Below are positions 9,013-18,770 of a stretch of 33,570 bases of DNA, in pieces. A model generated the notes under the pieces. The model made no database searches, was not told the DNA's origin, and saw only the letters and a list, made by a program, of their open reading frames with translations. The stretch is taken from positions 1 through 33,570 of the forward strand of contig JAZUHR010000283.1 of assembly GCA_045641825.1 (NCBI GenBank). Reading direction: 5' to 3'. The translations under genes and the position numbers were made by a program. This DNA comes from Lachnospiraceae bacterium (GTDB lineage Bacteria; Bacillota; Clostridia; Lachnospirales; Lachnospiraceae). How positions within the stretch are numbered: position 1 is the stretch's first letter; each line of letters begins with the position of its first letter.

Positions 9013-10422
9013 ATGGAAGACGAAAATAAGAATTTAATGGACGAAAACAGTAGTGTGAATCAGGAAGAGACATATACATACGTAACTGACAAAGAGACCT
9101 ATGCAGAGCAGTCGCCTGCACCTGAGAGGGAGAGCTACAGCAGTCGTTACAATAGCTATGATTATAACACCTATTATAATACCCAGAGTATTCCTGAAGA
9201 GCCTAAAAAGAGTGGCTTCGGTACTTTTATGAAGACAGTAGGCTTAGCTGTCTGCTTCGGCGTGGTGGCAGCGGGTACTTTTTTCATAAGTATGAGGGGA
9301 TTAAAGGCTTCGGGAATTGCTGATTTTATGTTTCCGCAGAAGGCTATATGCGGGACCGGGGACAATACATCTATTTTGCCCGAAAACAGCGCGGCGGGTC
9401 TGGTGATTTCCGCTACCAATACCACAGGAATGGGAGAAGACAAGTACAATGTGGTAGTAGATGTAGTTAAGAATAATATGAGCTGTACAGTATGTATTAA
9501 CTGCACGTTTGTGACCCAGAATGTGTTCGGTCAGAAAAAGGAAAGCACAGCCAGCGGTACAGGCTTTATAGTAGGCTCCAACGATACGGATCTTCTGATT
9601 GCTACCAATAACCACGTGGTAGAGGGAGCGAAGTCCATGAAGATTACCTTTGCAGACGGTGTTGAAGTGGACGCGACAGTACGTGCGACCGATGTAAATT
9701 ATGACTTGGCAGTGGTGTCCGTCCCTCTGGACAAGATAGACCGTAAGACCATGGGGGCTATTTCCGTAGCCAGTCTGGGGTCATCCGACGAGACTCAGGT
9801 AGGACAGATGGTGGTGGCTATAGGTAATGCTCTGGGATACGGCCAGTCCGTGACGGTGGGCTATCTCTCAGCCAAAGACCGTGAGGTGACTGTGGACGGC
9901 CACAGCAAGAAGCTTCTTCAGACAGATGCTGCCATAAATGGCGGTAATTCCGGCGGCCCTCTTTTCAACATAAACGGCGAGGTTATCGGCATCAACTGTG
10001 CCAAGTATTCGGATACCTCTGTAGAGGGTATGTGCTTCGCTATTCCGATTTCGGTAGCATTGCCGATTTTGGAAGACCTGATGACTAAGGAAGTGGTCAC
10101 AGAGGCAGAGCAGGGATACCTGGGAGTCAGCATCATTACGGTACCGGACAGCTATGTAGAGCTCTATGGTTATCCCGAGGGAGTATTCATCAATGAGGTC
10201 TCTAAGGGTGGCGGAGCCGAGGCTGCAGGTATTCTGAAATATGATATTATTACAGCGGTAAACGGAAAGACTGTTAAGACCAGCGAGGAGCTCAAAGAAA
10301 ACGTGAACTGCTTTAAGTATGGCACAGTGGTAAGCATCACCTTCTACAGGCAGGACCCTGATTCGGGTGACTGGATGAGCCATACTGTAGATGTAACACT
10401 TGTAAAAAAACCAACAGAGTAG
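9013..10422 (+). CDS. HtrA/DegP-family S1C serine protease with TM anchor and PDZ domain
   Basis: Catalytic triad contexts are ATNNHVV, NYDLAVV and GNSGGPLFNINGEVIGIN. The C-terminus is PDZ-like (GVFINEVSKGGGAEAAGILKYDIITAVNGK). The N-terminal cytoplasmic Tyr/Asn-rich region is followed by a TM helix. Confidence 0.85.
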   Translation: MEDENKNLMDENSSVNQEETYTYVTDKETYAEQSPAPERESYSSRYNSYDYNTYYNTQSIPEEPKKSGFGTFMKTVGLAVCFGVVAAGTFFISMRGLKASGIADFMFPQKAICGTGDNTSILPENSAAGLVISATNTTGMGEDKYNVVVDVVKNNMSCTVCINCTFVTQNVFGQKKESTASGTGFIVGSNDTDLLIATNNHVVEGAKSMKITFADGVEVDATVRATDVNYDLAVVSVPLDKIDRKTMGAISVASLGSSDETQVGQMVVAIGNALGYGQSVTVGYLSAKDREVTVDGHSKKLLQTDAAINGGNSGGPLFNINGEVIGINCAKYSDTSVEGMCFAIPISVALPILEDLMTKEVVTEAEQGYLGVSIITVPDSYVELYGYPEGVFINEVSKGGGAEAAGILKYDIITAVNGKTVKTSEELKENVNCFKYGTVVSITFYRQDPDSGDWMSHTVDVTLVKKPTE

Positions 10423-10507
10423 ACATGTAGAAATAATATAGCAGGCTTGTATAAAATACAGAGCAGGTTAATCCGGAGAAGCCCGGAAAAAGTATGATGA
10501 TTTAAAT

Positions 10508-10547
10508 CCCGTAAGTGCCGCATGAGGTGTCGCTTACGGGATTTTTA
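10508..10547 (+). terminator. Intrinsic terminator after htrA-like gene
   Basis: CCCGTAAGTG pairs with CGCTTACGGG (10-bp stem with one G-U), followed by ATTTTTA. Confidence 0.75.
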
Positions 10548-10609
10548 GGTGCTATTATTCAAAGTCCTTCTAAAAGGCATTCTTATACACTTCAGTTTCA
10601 AAATCCGAC

Positions 10610-10657
10610 TTGCATTTTTGAGAAGAATATTATAATATGTAGAGTACTTGTGATAAT
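10610..10657 (+). promoter_or_regulatory. Candidate sigma-A promoters upstream of clpX-like gene
   Basis: TTGCAT (10610-10615) is followed by a 15-nt spacer and TATAAT (10631-10636). An extended -10-like TGTGATAAT lies a few nt downstream. The spacing of the first is suboptimal. Confidence 0.3.
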
Positions 10658-10699
10658 ATACCCTAATTTGGGGTATTAGACTTTTTGGATGGTAAAAAA

Positions 10700-12304
10700 A
10701 TGAGCGACGAATTTGACAACAACAAGACAAATATAGAAGAATCAACCACTTCCGACGATTTCGTCAAGGATTATGAGGAGGTGTGCTCCATCTGTCACAG
10801 ACCGGAGAGCAAGGTCAGACAGATGTTCAATATGGCAGGGGGACTTTGCATCTGTGGAGACTGTCTGCAGAAGACCATTGATTCTATTTCAAACAGTGGT
10901 GCTTTTGGCCTTTTCGGAGGCCCCGGAAGCCCGGATCTGGCTTCACTTCTGGGTCAGCCACTTCCTGAAATGGTGAAGGCACCTAAGACAGAGACAGGGG
11001 ATGAGAAAAATCCTGAGAAGTCCGAGGATGACGGTAATAAAAAGGATAACGGCCCTCAGGTTAGAGTTCAGACCATCAATATGGGAGACTTAAGTAACCT
11101 GGGTGGATTTTCAGGCCTCACTGACCTGATTTTCGGAGGCCTTCCACCTGTTCCTCAGAATCAGAAGCTTAAGAAAAAGAAGAAAAAGCCGGAAAACGAG
11201 CAGGAAATTCAGGCTAAATTTGATATTTCCAATCTGAAGCCACCCCATGTGATCAAGGCAGAGCTGGACGACTATGTTATCGGTCAGACCTATGCCAAAA
11301 AGGTAATGAGTGTGGCTGTATATAACCATTACAAGAGAGTGTTTGACGAAAGCAATGATGGTATCGAGCTGGAGAAGTCCAATATGCTGATGATAGGACC
11401 TACAGGTTCCGGTAAGACCTATCTGGTAAAGACTCTGGCCAAGCTTCTTAATGTGCCTCTGGCTATAGCGGATGCTACTTCCCTTACGGAAGCAGGCTAC
11501 ATCGGTGACGACGTAGAGTCTGTACTTTCAAAGCTTTTGGCAGCTGCAGATAATGACGTGGAGCGTGCGGAAAAGGGTATTGTTTTCATCGACGAGATAG
11601 ATAAGCTGGCCAAAAAGCACAGCACCAACAGTCGTGATGTCAGTGGCGAGTCTGTACAGCAGGGACTTTTGAAGCTGCTTGAAGGAGCAGAAATCGAGGT
11701 GCCTGTAGGAGCTATGAGCAAGAGCGCCATGGTGCCTATGACCACTATCGATACCTCCAACATTCTTTTCATCTGCGGCGGAGCTTTCCCTGATCTGGAG
11801 CGCATTGTGAAGCAGAGACTGAATAAGTCCTCGGCAGTGGGCTTTTTGGGAGAACTCAGCGACAAATTTGACGGAGATAAGAAGCTTTTCCAGCAGGTAA
11901 AGACTGAGGACCTTCGCGAATTCGGTATGATTCCGGAATTTTTGGGCCGTCTTCCTGTAGTATTTTCTCTGGATCCTTTAACAGTAGATGATTTTGTACG
12001 TATTTTGACTACACCGAAGAATGCTATTCTGAAGCAGTATAAGAAGCTCCTTTCCATGGACAGTGTGGATCTGGAGTTCGAAGAAGGGGCTTTGCGCGCT
12101 ATTGCCGACAAGGCTATGGAGCGTGACACAGGAGCACGTGCCCTTCGTGCCATCATAGAGGAAATCATGTTGGATATTATGTATGAGATACCCAAAGATG
12201 AGTCTATTGGCAAGGTTATTATTACTGAAGATTATATTGCGAAAAAGGGTGCTCCGGGCATTGTACTTCGTACTACCGGTCAGACACCTCAGATAGAGGG
12301 ATAA
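10700..12304 (+). CDS. clpX: ClpX-like AAA+ unfoldase, divergent (long linker insert, no RKH loop)
   Basis: Zinc ribbon CSIC-x19-CGDC. Walker A is MIGPTGSGKT, the pore loop is AGYIGDDVE, Walker B is IVFIDEIDK, the IGF-equivalent is AVGFLG and the sensor-2 region is TGARALR. I prefer ATG 10700 over TTG 10685. Confidence 0.85.
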   Translation: MSDEFDNNKTNIEESTTSDDFVKDYEEVCSICHRPESKVRQMFNMAGGLCICGDCLQKTIDSISNSGAFGLFGGPGSPDLASLLGQPLPEMVKAPKTETGDEKNPEKSEDDGNKKDNGPQVRVQTINMGDLSNLGGFSGLTDLIFGGLPPVPQNQKLKKKKKKPENEQEIQAKFDISNLKPPHVIKAELDDYVIGQTYAKKVMSVAVYNHYKRVFDESNDGIELEKSNMLMIGPTGSGKTYLVKTLAKLLNVPLAIADATSLTEAGYIGDDVESVLSKLLAAADNDVERAEKGIVFIDEIDKLAKKHSTNSRDVSGESVQQGLLKLLEGAEIEVPVGAMSKSAMVPMTTIDTSNILFICGGAFPDLERIVKQRLNKSSAVGFLGELSDKFDGDKKLFQQVKTEDLREFGMIPEFLGRLPVVFSLDPLTVDDFVRILTTPKNAILKQYKKLLSMDSVDLEFEEGALRAIADKAMERDTGARALRAIIEEIMLDIMYEIPKDESIGKVIITEDYIAKKGAPGIVLRTTGQTPQIEG

Positions 12305-12346
12305 GTATCCCGTCTTAAAGTAAATTAATTTGAAGAGGGAAAATGT

Positions 12347-14122
12347 ATGTCAGTATCAAAGCTTTGCTCTACGGTGACAGGTCTTTACTCAGGCGAAATG
12401 GGTGTTGAGGATGAGAAATACACCTATAAGTATCTTCAGGATACCCTGACTGCTTTGGATGAGGCGGTGGGCTACACCAAGCGTGGCGGAAGAAGGGAAA
12501 ATTTCTTCCCCAGTGGCAGCGAGGAAAGACTTAAGAATTACAGGGAAATCGGAGAAATCCGTAAAAATCCTGGCTATAAGGTGCCTACAGGCACTGTGTC
12601 TGTGACAGTTATGAGTCCGGATGGCGAGCCAATGGTCGCAGAGCTTCGTATTTTGCCTGCTGATAAGGAAAGCAGGCTGGGTGTGTCACTGGGCTATACC
12701 AATTCCCGTGAGATAAAGCCCATTACTGATATTGCTGCCGAGATTTATGGCGCGCCCTATGAGATTAATCAGGACAGTGACTATGTCTGGTATGATTTTT
12801 TCAGACGTGTTACCGACGAAAACGGCCTTTTTACAGGGGAATTACCCTGTGGAAAATATGAATTTTACTGTGACAAGGGCTCTGAATATGAGATAGTTCA
12901 CGGTACTCTCACTGTGCCCGGAGAGACTACGGTGACACTTCGAAGAATCGTAGATCTGACAGCTGAGCACTGGTATGCAGGTGACCTGCATCATCACTCT
13001 GTTTACTCCAGTCCTGCCTACCCGCCTCAGGGCACTGACTATGTATATGACAGTGCGAAGACTGTGCGTGATTCCATGAGGGCCAAGGGCCTGACCTTCG
13101 GCGGACTTTCGGATCACCATAATGTACTAAATCACAGAGAGTGGGAGAGCCTTAAGACTTCTGACTTTTTGCCTATTATCTCCAAGGAGATATCCACCTC
13201 CAACGGGCATGTCCTTCAGTTAAATACCGATCCTGATGTGATTTACAATATCCCTGAGGAGAAGGACAGAAGCCCCGAAATCATGCGGGCCGAGTGGCAT
13301 CGTGTGACCGATGAAATCAAGTCCTACGGCGGACATCCTCAGATAAATCACCCCAGAGATATGCAGAAGGCTATCTCCTTCCCTCCGGAATTTACCGATA
13401 TTCTGGATATTTTCTATACAATCGAGGTATGGAACGGCTCCCACCCGCTGGCAGCCGGCTGTACCAATGGTAAGGCCTATGACCTCTACCTGTCTCAGCT
13501 GGAGGCAGGCAAATTCATAGCAGCGACCACCGGCTCCGACACCCATGAGGTAACATGCGAATTCTGGCAGGATTCCTTAAATTACTTCTTCGGAATCTAC
13601 CAGGCAGTACAGGCAGCGGTTAAAAATACCTGCGGTCCCCGTAATGAAAAGGGTGTAGTTCTGTCAGAGGATATGCTGAAAACAGCGACAGAATATTACC
13701 TTCCTTTAATGGACAAATACCTCCCGCTGATCAAAAAGTGGGGCTTTAAAAATATATCCTCAGGCTGTGTGCGTACCTACGTGCATGTAGAGGATGAGAA
13801 AAAACCTGAAAATGTCCTGGCGGCACTTCGCCGTGGTGACAGCTTCTTAAGTAACGGCCCTATAATCATTCCCTCCTTCGGTAATGATGAGGAGCCGGAG
13901 ATTTCCCTTAAGATTTTCTCCAATCAAAAGCTGAGAAAGCTGGAGGTCCGCATGGATTCAGGCTTCCTGGAAAATTTCGATCTGGCAGAGCCTGTGGAAA
14001 TCAATGGCGGTTACGATTACTCCTGTAATGTGGAGCTGGAGCTTAAGGGCCACAAATGGGTTATTTTCAAGGTCTACGACGATATTACCACACAGGCAGT
14101 TACCAATCCGATGAGATTTTAG
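12347..14122 (+). CDS. CehA/McbA-type PHP-domain metallohydrolase (function unknown)
   Basis: An N-terminal beta-sandwich-like region (GTVSVTVMSPDGEP...GKYEFYCDKGSEYEIVHGTLTV) is followed by His-rich PHP motifs GDLHHHSVYSS, SDHHNV, INHPRD and GSDTHE. The RBS is AGAGGGA. Confidence 0.65.
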   Translation: MSVSKLCSTVTGLYSGEMGVEDEKYTYKYLQDTLTALDEAVGYTKRGGRRENFFPSGSEERLKNYREIGEIRKNPGYKVPTGTVSVTVMSPDGEPMVAELRILPADKESRLGVSLGYTNSREIKPITDIAAEIYGAPYEINQDSDYVWYDFFRRVTDENGLFTGELPCGKYEFYCDKGSEYEIVHGTLTVPGETTVTLRRIVDLTAEHWYAGDLHHHSVYSSPAYPPQGTDYVYDSAKTVRDSMRAKGLTFGGLSDHHNVLNHREWESLKTSDFLPIISKEISTSNGHVLQLNTDPDVIYNIPEEKDRSPEIMRAEWHRVTDEIKSYGGHPQINHPRDMQKAISFPPEFTDILDIFYTIEVWNGSHPLAAGCTNGKAYDLYLSQLEAGKFIAATTGSDTHEVTCEFWQDSLNYFFGIYQAVQAAVKNTCGPRNEKGVVLSEDMLKTATEYYLPLMDKYLPLIKKWGFKNISSGCVRTYVHVEDEKKPENVLAALRRGDSFLSNGPIIIPSFGNDEEPEISLKIFSNQKLRKLEVRMDSGFLENFDLAEPVEINGGYDYSCNVELELKGHKWVIFKVYDDITTQAVTNPMRF

Positions 14123-14181
14123 GAAATCCGCGGCAGGTAATTTTGCCGCATACTTACATATTGTGACTGAAAGGAAAGACT

Positions 14182-15234
14182 ATGTCCTGGGAAGATAAAG
14201 TAAAAAAAGTAGTGCCCTATGTACCGGGCGAGCAGCCGGGCTACACAGACATGGTAAAGCTTAACACAAATGAAAATCCCTATCCTCCGGCACCGGGAGC
14301 CGTAAAGGCACTGGCTGCATTAGAGGCTGACAAGCTGAGACTTTATCCCAAGCCTGATGCGAAGGAGCTGGTAGAGGCTATCGCTATGAATAAAAAGGTG
14401 GACTTTTCCAACGTTTTCGTGGGAGTAGGCTCCGACGATGTTCTGGCTACGGCATTTCTCACCTTTTTTAACAGTGACAAAAAGGTGCTTTTTCCTGATA
14501 TTACCTACTCCTTCTACCCGGTATGGGCTGAGGTGTACGGCATTCCCTATGAGATGCTTCCGCTGAACGAGGATTTCCGCATAGATGCAGAGGACTACAA
14601 GAAGGAAAACGGCGGCATCGTTATCGCCAATCCCAATGCGCCTACAGCTATCGCAGAGCCACTTTCCTTTATCGAGGGAATCGTGAAAGATAATGCAGAC
14701 TCTGTGGTCATCGTGGACGAGGCTTATGTGGATTTCGGCGGTGAGTCTGCAGTGGAGCTTACCAAAAAATACGATAATCTCCTGGTAGTGCAGACCTTTT
14801 CCAAGTCCAGATCCATGGCAGGTATGAGAATCGGCTATGCCATCGGATGCGAGAAGCTGATTTCCTATATGATGGCAGTGAGAAATTCCATTAATTCCTA
14901 TACCATGAATTATCCTTCTATCGTGGTGGGAACAGAAAGTATGAAGGATAATGCTTACTTTGAGGAATGCTGCGCGCGTATCGTGAATACCCGTGAAAAT
15001 GCGGTAAAACGCCTGGCAGAGCTGGGCTTTTCCTGTCTTCCTTCTTCTGCAAACTTTGTTTTTGCGACCCATGAGAGCGTACCTGCAGAGGAAATTTTTA
15101 AGAGCTTAAGGGAAAGACATATATTCGTGCGCTACTTTAAGAAGCCTAGAATCGAGAACTTTTTAAGAATTACCATCGGCACGGATGCCGAGATGGAAAA
15201 GCTTTACGAGGCTTTAAAGGAAATTTTGAAGTAA
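14182..15234 (+). CDS. hisC: Histidinol-phosphate aminotransferase (class II PLP aminotransferase)
   Basis: Contains KLNTNENPYPP and the PLP-lysine context QTFSKSRSMAGMRIGY. Length is 350 aa. Confidence 0.8.
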   Translation: MSWEDKVKKVVPYVPGEQPGYTDMVKLNTNENPYPPAPGAVKALAALEADKLRLYPKPDAKELVEAIAMNKKVDFSNVFVGVGSDDVLATAFLTFFNSDKKVLFPDITYSFYPVWAEVYGIPYEMLPLNEDFRIDAEDYKKENGGIVIANPNAPTAIAEPLSFIEGIVKDNADSVVIVDEAYVDFGGESAVELTKKYDNLLVVQTFSKSRSMAGMRIGYAIGCEKLISYMMAVRNSINSYTMNYPSIVVGTESMKDNAYFEECCARIVNTRENAVKRLAELGFSCLPSSANFVFATHESVPAEEIFKSLRERHIFVRYFKKPRIENFLRITIGTDAEMEKLYEALKEILK

Positions 15235-15857
15235 TGAAACAGAAGACTACACAACAGCAGATGGATGAGCTTTTGGCAGGGCTTAAGGAAAGGGGAGAAG
15301 TCCCCACACTACTTTTGCATTCCTGCTGCGCACCCTGTTCATCCTATGTGCTGGAGTATCTGTCTGAGTATTTTAAAATAATTGATTTTTACTATAATCC
15401 CAATATTTCACCCCTTTCCGAGTACGAGGAGAGACGAGAGGAGCTGCGTCGCCTTATAGAGGAGCAGCCCCATAAGTATCCTGTGGAATTCCTGGAAGGA
15501 AAGTATGATCCGGAAAGCTTTTTTGCCCTGGCCAGGGGCTTGGAGGACCTGCCGGAGGGCGGTGAACGCTGCAGACGCTGCTTTGAGCTTCGATTGAAGG
15601 AAGCGGCTAAAGTAGCTGAGGAGAGGCAGGCAGACTTTTTTACTACGAGTCTTACCATAAGCCCCTTAAAGAATGCAGAGCTTATAAACAGCGTGGGTAA
15701 AGAGATTTCTGATAAGTATCTTCCGTCGGATTTCAAGAAAAAGAACGGATATAAGAGGTCTACGGAACTGTCGAGAGAGTATGACCTCTACAGGCAGAAT
15801 TACTGCGGTTGTATTTTTTCCAAAATGGCATCCTGCAAGGAGGAAAATGATAAATGA
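15234..15857 (+). CDS. queH: Epoxyqueuosine reductase QueH (DUF208)
   Basis: Cys motifs are HSCCAPCS, CRRCFELRL and NYCGCIFS. There is a TAATG overlap with hisC. Confidence 0.85.
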   Translation: MKQKTTQQQMDELLAGLKERGEVPTLLLHSCCAPCSSYVLEYLSEYFKIIDFYYNPNISPLSEYEERREELRRLIEEQPHKYPVEFLEGKYDPESFFALARGLEDLPEGGERCRRCFELRLKEAAKVAEERQADFFTTSLTISPLKNAELINSVGKEISDKYLPSDFKKKNGYKRSTELSREYDLYRQNYCGCIFSKMASCKEENDK

Positions 15858-16900
15858 TTGAACTTGTTCCTATTCATGACAAATCCATTAGGCAGCTGAT
15901 TGAAGAGCGTGAGCATGAGATTTTATCACCTTTCGCAGCTTTTTCCGATATGTCACAGGGGCGTGATGTCCCTGAGGAGCCCTGCGATCTCCGTACGGAG
16001 TATCAGCGTGACAGGGATCGTATCCTTTATTCCAAGGCCTTCAGACGACTGAATGGTAAGACGCAGGTATTTTTGGCACCGGAGGGGGATCACTACCGTA
16101 CCAGACTTACACATACTCTGGAGGTGGCTCAGACAGCCCGCGCCATCGCGAAATCACTGAGACTTAATGATGACCTCACAGAGTCCATAGCTCTCGGACA
16201 TGACCTGGGACATACTCCCTTCGGACATGCGGGTGAGCGCGCTCTGGACCGCATTATGATGGAGACCTGCGGTGAGCATTTCCGTCACTTCGAGCAGAGC
16301 ATAAGAGTAGTGGATATTATTGAAAAACATGGCGAGGGCCTCAATCTTTCCAAGGAGGTCAAGGACGGTATTTTGAATCACCAGATGGATACCGTGCCTG
16401 CGACACTGGAGGGTAGAGTGGTTCGCCTGTCCGATAAAATGGCTTATATCAATCACGATATTGATGACGCAGTGAGAGGAAATATCATAAAGGTAGAGGA
16501 CGTGCCCAAACGCTTCAGAGATGTACTGGGCAATACTCTGACCTCCAGACTTAATACAGAGATTCATGATATCATCAAGACCAGCATAGATACAGATGAT
16601 GTGCGTATGTCTGATGGTATGAAGGAGCTGCTGGGCGAGCTTCGCGAATGGATGTTTGCTACAGTTTATACCAATCCTACCGCCAAGGGGCAGGAATCCA
16701 AGGCCGAGGCACTGGTAATCGAGCTTTTCAATTATTACCGTGAAAATCCGGATAAGATGCCTGAGGAATATGTAAGCATGATAGCCAAGGGTCAGGATAA
16801 GGAGCGTGTGGTATGCGACTATGTGGCAGGTATGACCGACCGTTTTGCGGTAGCCCGCTTCAGAGATATTAAGGTGCCTACTTCCTGGGATGTATATTAA
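15854..16900 (+). CDS. dgt: dGTP triphosphohydrolase-like HD-domain protein
   Basis: Contains RTRLTHTLEVAQTARAIAKSL and LGHDLGHTPFGHAGE. There is an ATGA overlap with queH. The position upstream of dnaG is common in Clostridia. Confidence 0.85.
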   Translation: MIELVPIHDKSIRQLIEEREHEILSPFAAFSDMSQGRDVPEEPCDLRTEYQRDRDRILYSKAFRRLNGKTQVFLAPEGDHYRTRLTHTLEVAQTARAIAKSLRLNDDLTESIALGHDLGHTPFGHAGERALDRIMMETCGEHFRHFEQSIRVVDIIEKHGEGLNLSKEVKDGILNHQMDTVPATLEGRVVRLSDKMAYINHDIDDAVRGNIIKVEDVPKRFRDVLGNTLTSRLNTEIHDIIKTSIDTDDVRMSDGMKELLGELREWMFATVYTNPTAKGQESKAEALVIELFNYYRENPDKMPEEYVSMIAKGQDKERVVCDYVAGMTDRFAVARFRDIKVPTSWDVY

Positions 16901-16972
16901 TTTGGGGATTTTGCTTTTTGGCGTTTAGGTTGGTTTAGGTTATAGATTATTTGTCTGTCTTTGGGGGACTTG

Positions 16973-18760
16973 ATGCGTTATAGCGAGGACATAATCGAAG
17001 AGGTAAGGTCAAGAAACGACATCGTGGATGTGGTGGGGATGTATACCCATTTGACCAAGAAGGGAAACAGCTACTGGTGCTGTTGTCCTTTTCATGGGGA
17101 AAAAACCCCTTCCTTTTGCGTGACCCCAAGTAAGCAAATGTACTATTGCTTCGGCTGCCACAAGGGCGGCAATTCCATTACCTTTGTAATGGATTATGAA
17201 AATATGTCATTTACGGAGGCCGTAAAGCTTCTGGCAGACAGGGCGGGGGTAAATCTTCCCGAGGCTGAGTATTCTGCGGCAGAAAAGGCAGAGGCTTCCC
17301 TTCATGCAAGAATACTGGAGGTCTACAAGCTGGCAGCGGTATATTTCTGCAATGCCATGAAGACCGAAAAGGGTCAGGTGGCCCTCAATTATTTCAAAAA
17401 AAGAGAACTTAAGGATGAGACTATCAGGCACTTCGGGCTGGGATATTCTTATATGTATAGCGATGATTTGTATAAATACCTTAAGAGCAAGGGGTATGAG
17501 GATACCTTTCTTAAGGACACAGGACTTGTGACCTTTTCCGAAAAAGGAGCACACGACAAGTTCTGGAATCGTGCTATGTTTCCAATCATGGACGAGCGAG
17601 ACAGAGTCATAGCCTTCGGCGGGCGCGTCATGGGCGATGGAGAGCCCAAATATCTTAATTCACCCGAGACCAAGGTTTTTGATAAAAGTAATAATTTGTT
17701 TGCTTTGAACTATGCGAAGCTGTCAAGGCGAGGATACTTCCTATTGTGCGAGGGCTATATGGACGTCATATCGCTGCACCAGGCAGGCTTTACCAATGCG
17801 GTAGCCTCTCTGGGTACGGCACTTACAGAGCGTCAGGCCACTAAAATTTCAAAATATGTAAAGGATGTATATCTCACCTACGACTCGGACGGAGCAGGTA
17901 CCAAAGCAGCCATCAGAGCCATTCCAATCCTTGAATCCAAGGGTTTGACGGTAAAGGTGGTCAACATGAAGCCTTACAAGGACCCGGATGAATTTATAAA
18001 GGGACTGGGGGCGGAAGAGTATCAGAAGCGTATCGATGAAGCGGAAAGCAGCTTTTTCTTCGAGATACGTATTATGGCATCACGTTACAACATGGATGAT
18101 CCCCGTGAAAAAACGAGCTTCTATGAGGACGTGGCAAGGCGATTGTTAGAGTTCACAGACGAACTTACGAGAAAAAATTATGAAGAGGCCTTTGTAAAAC
18201 GCTATAATATCAGCTTTCGAAGCTTTGATGAACTTCTGGTAAAAATTGCCGGTCAGGAAGGGCCGAAGAAGCGCAGCGGACCGGCAGAAGACAGTGCGCC
18301 GAAGAAGGAATACGTAAGCCGGGCGGAGAAGAAAAAGGACGACACGATTTTGCAGCCGCAAAGGCTCCTGCTCACCTATCTGTCCGAAGACCCCGCTCTT
18401 TATCCAAGGCTTAAGGATGTTATAAGTCCCGGGGAATTTACCGATGAGATTTATAAGAAGGCAGCGGAGCTCGCTTTTCAGGATTGCGAGAGCACCGGCA
18501 GCATCAATGCCGCCAAGCTCATAAGCTATTTCCACGAGAAGGAAGAGCAGGAGAAAATCGGAATGATTTTTCAGACTACTCTGGGCGGCGAGCTTACCGA
18601 GGCAGACAGGCTGAAGCTTTTGTCGGATACGGTAAAGAAAATCAAGCTGACACGTATCAAGAAGGACATCGACGAAGCTATCGCAAACGGCAATAAAGAG
18701 GCTCTTAAGAAATTAATGAGCGACGAAGCAGAACTGAAACGAACCAAGAATATACTATGA
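16973..18760 (+). CDS. dnaG: DNA primase
   Basis: Zinc ribbon [15 protein letters not shown]...[16 protein letters not shown] motifs are [10 protein letters not shown] and YDSDGAG. I prefer ATG 16973, after GGGGGA, over the upstream TTG. Confidence 0.9.
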   Translation: MRYSEDIIEEVRSRNDIVDVVGMYTHLTKKGNSYWCCCPFHGEKTPSFCVTPSKQMYYCFGCHKGGNSITFVMDYENMSFTEAVKLLADRAGVNLPEAEYSAAEKAEASLHARILEVYKLAAVYFCNAMKTEKGQVALNYFKKRELKDETIRHFGLGYSYMYSDDLYKYLKSKGYEDTFLKDTGLVTFSEKGAHDKFWNRAMFPIMDERDRVIAFGGRVMGDGEPKYLNSPETKVFDKSNNLFALNYAKLSRRGYFLLCEGYMDVISLHQAGFTNAVASLGTALTERQATKISKYVKDVYLTYDSDGAGTKAAIRAIPILESKGLTVKVVNMKPYKDPDEFIKGLGAEEYQKRIDEAESSFFFEIRIMASRYNMDDPREKTSFYEDVARRLLEFTDELTRKNYEEAFVKRYNISFRSFDELLVKIAGQEGPKKRSGPAEDSAPKKEYVSRAEKKKDDTILQPQRLLLTYLSEDPALYPRLKDVISPGEFTDEIYKKAAELAFQDCESTGSINAAKLISYFHEKEEQEKIGMIFQTTLGGELTEADRLKLLSDTVKKIKLTRIKKDIDEAIANGNKEALKKLMSDEAELKRTKNIL

Positions 18761-18770
18761 GAGGTTGATT

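Noticed and set aside
11497-12213. 238-aa minus-strand ORF inside clpX, and similar long antisense ORFs at 14320..15072, 28020..28748, 24522..25115 and 7995..8585
   Set aside because: All are fully embedded antisense to confidently identified + strand genes with clear family motifs. They are shadow ORFs with no recognisable domains.
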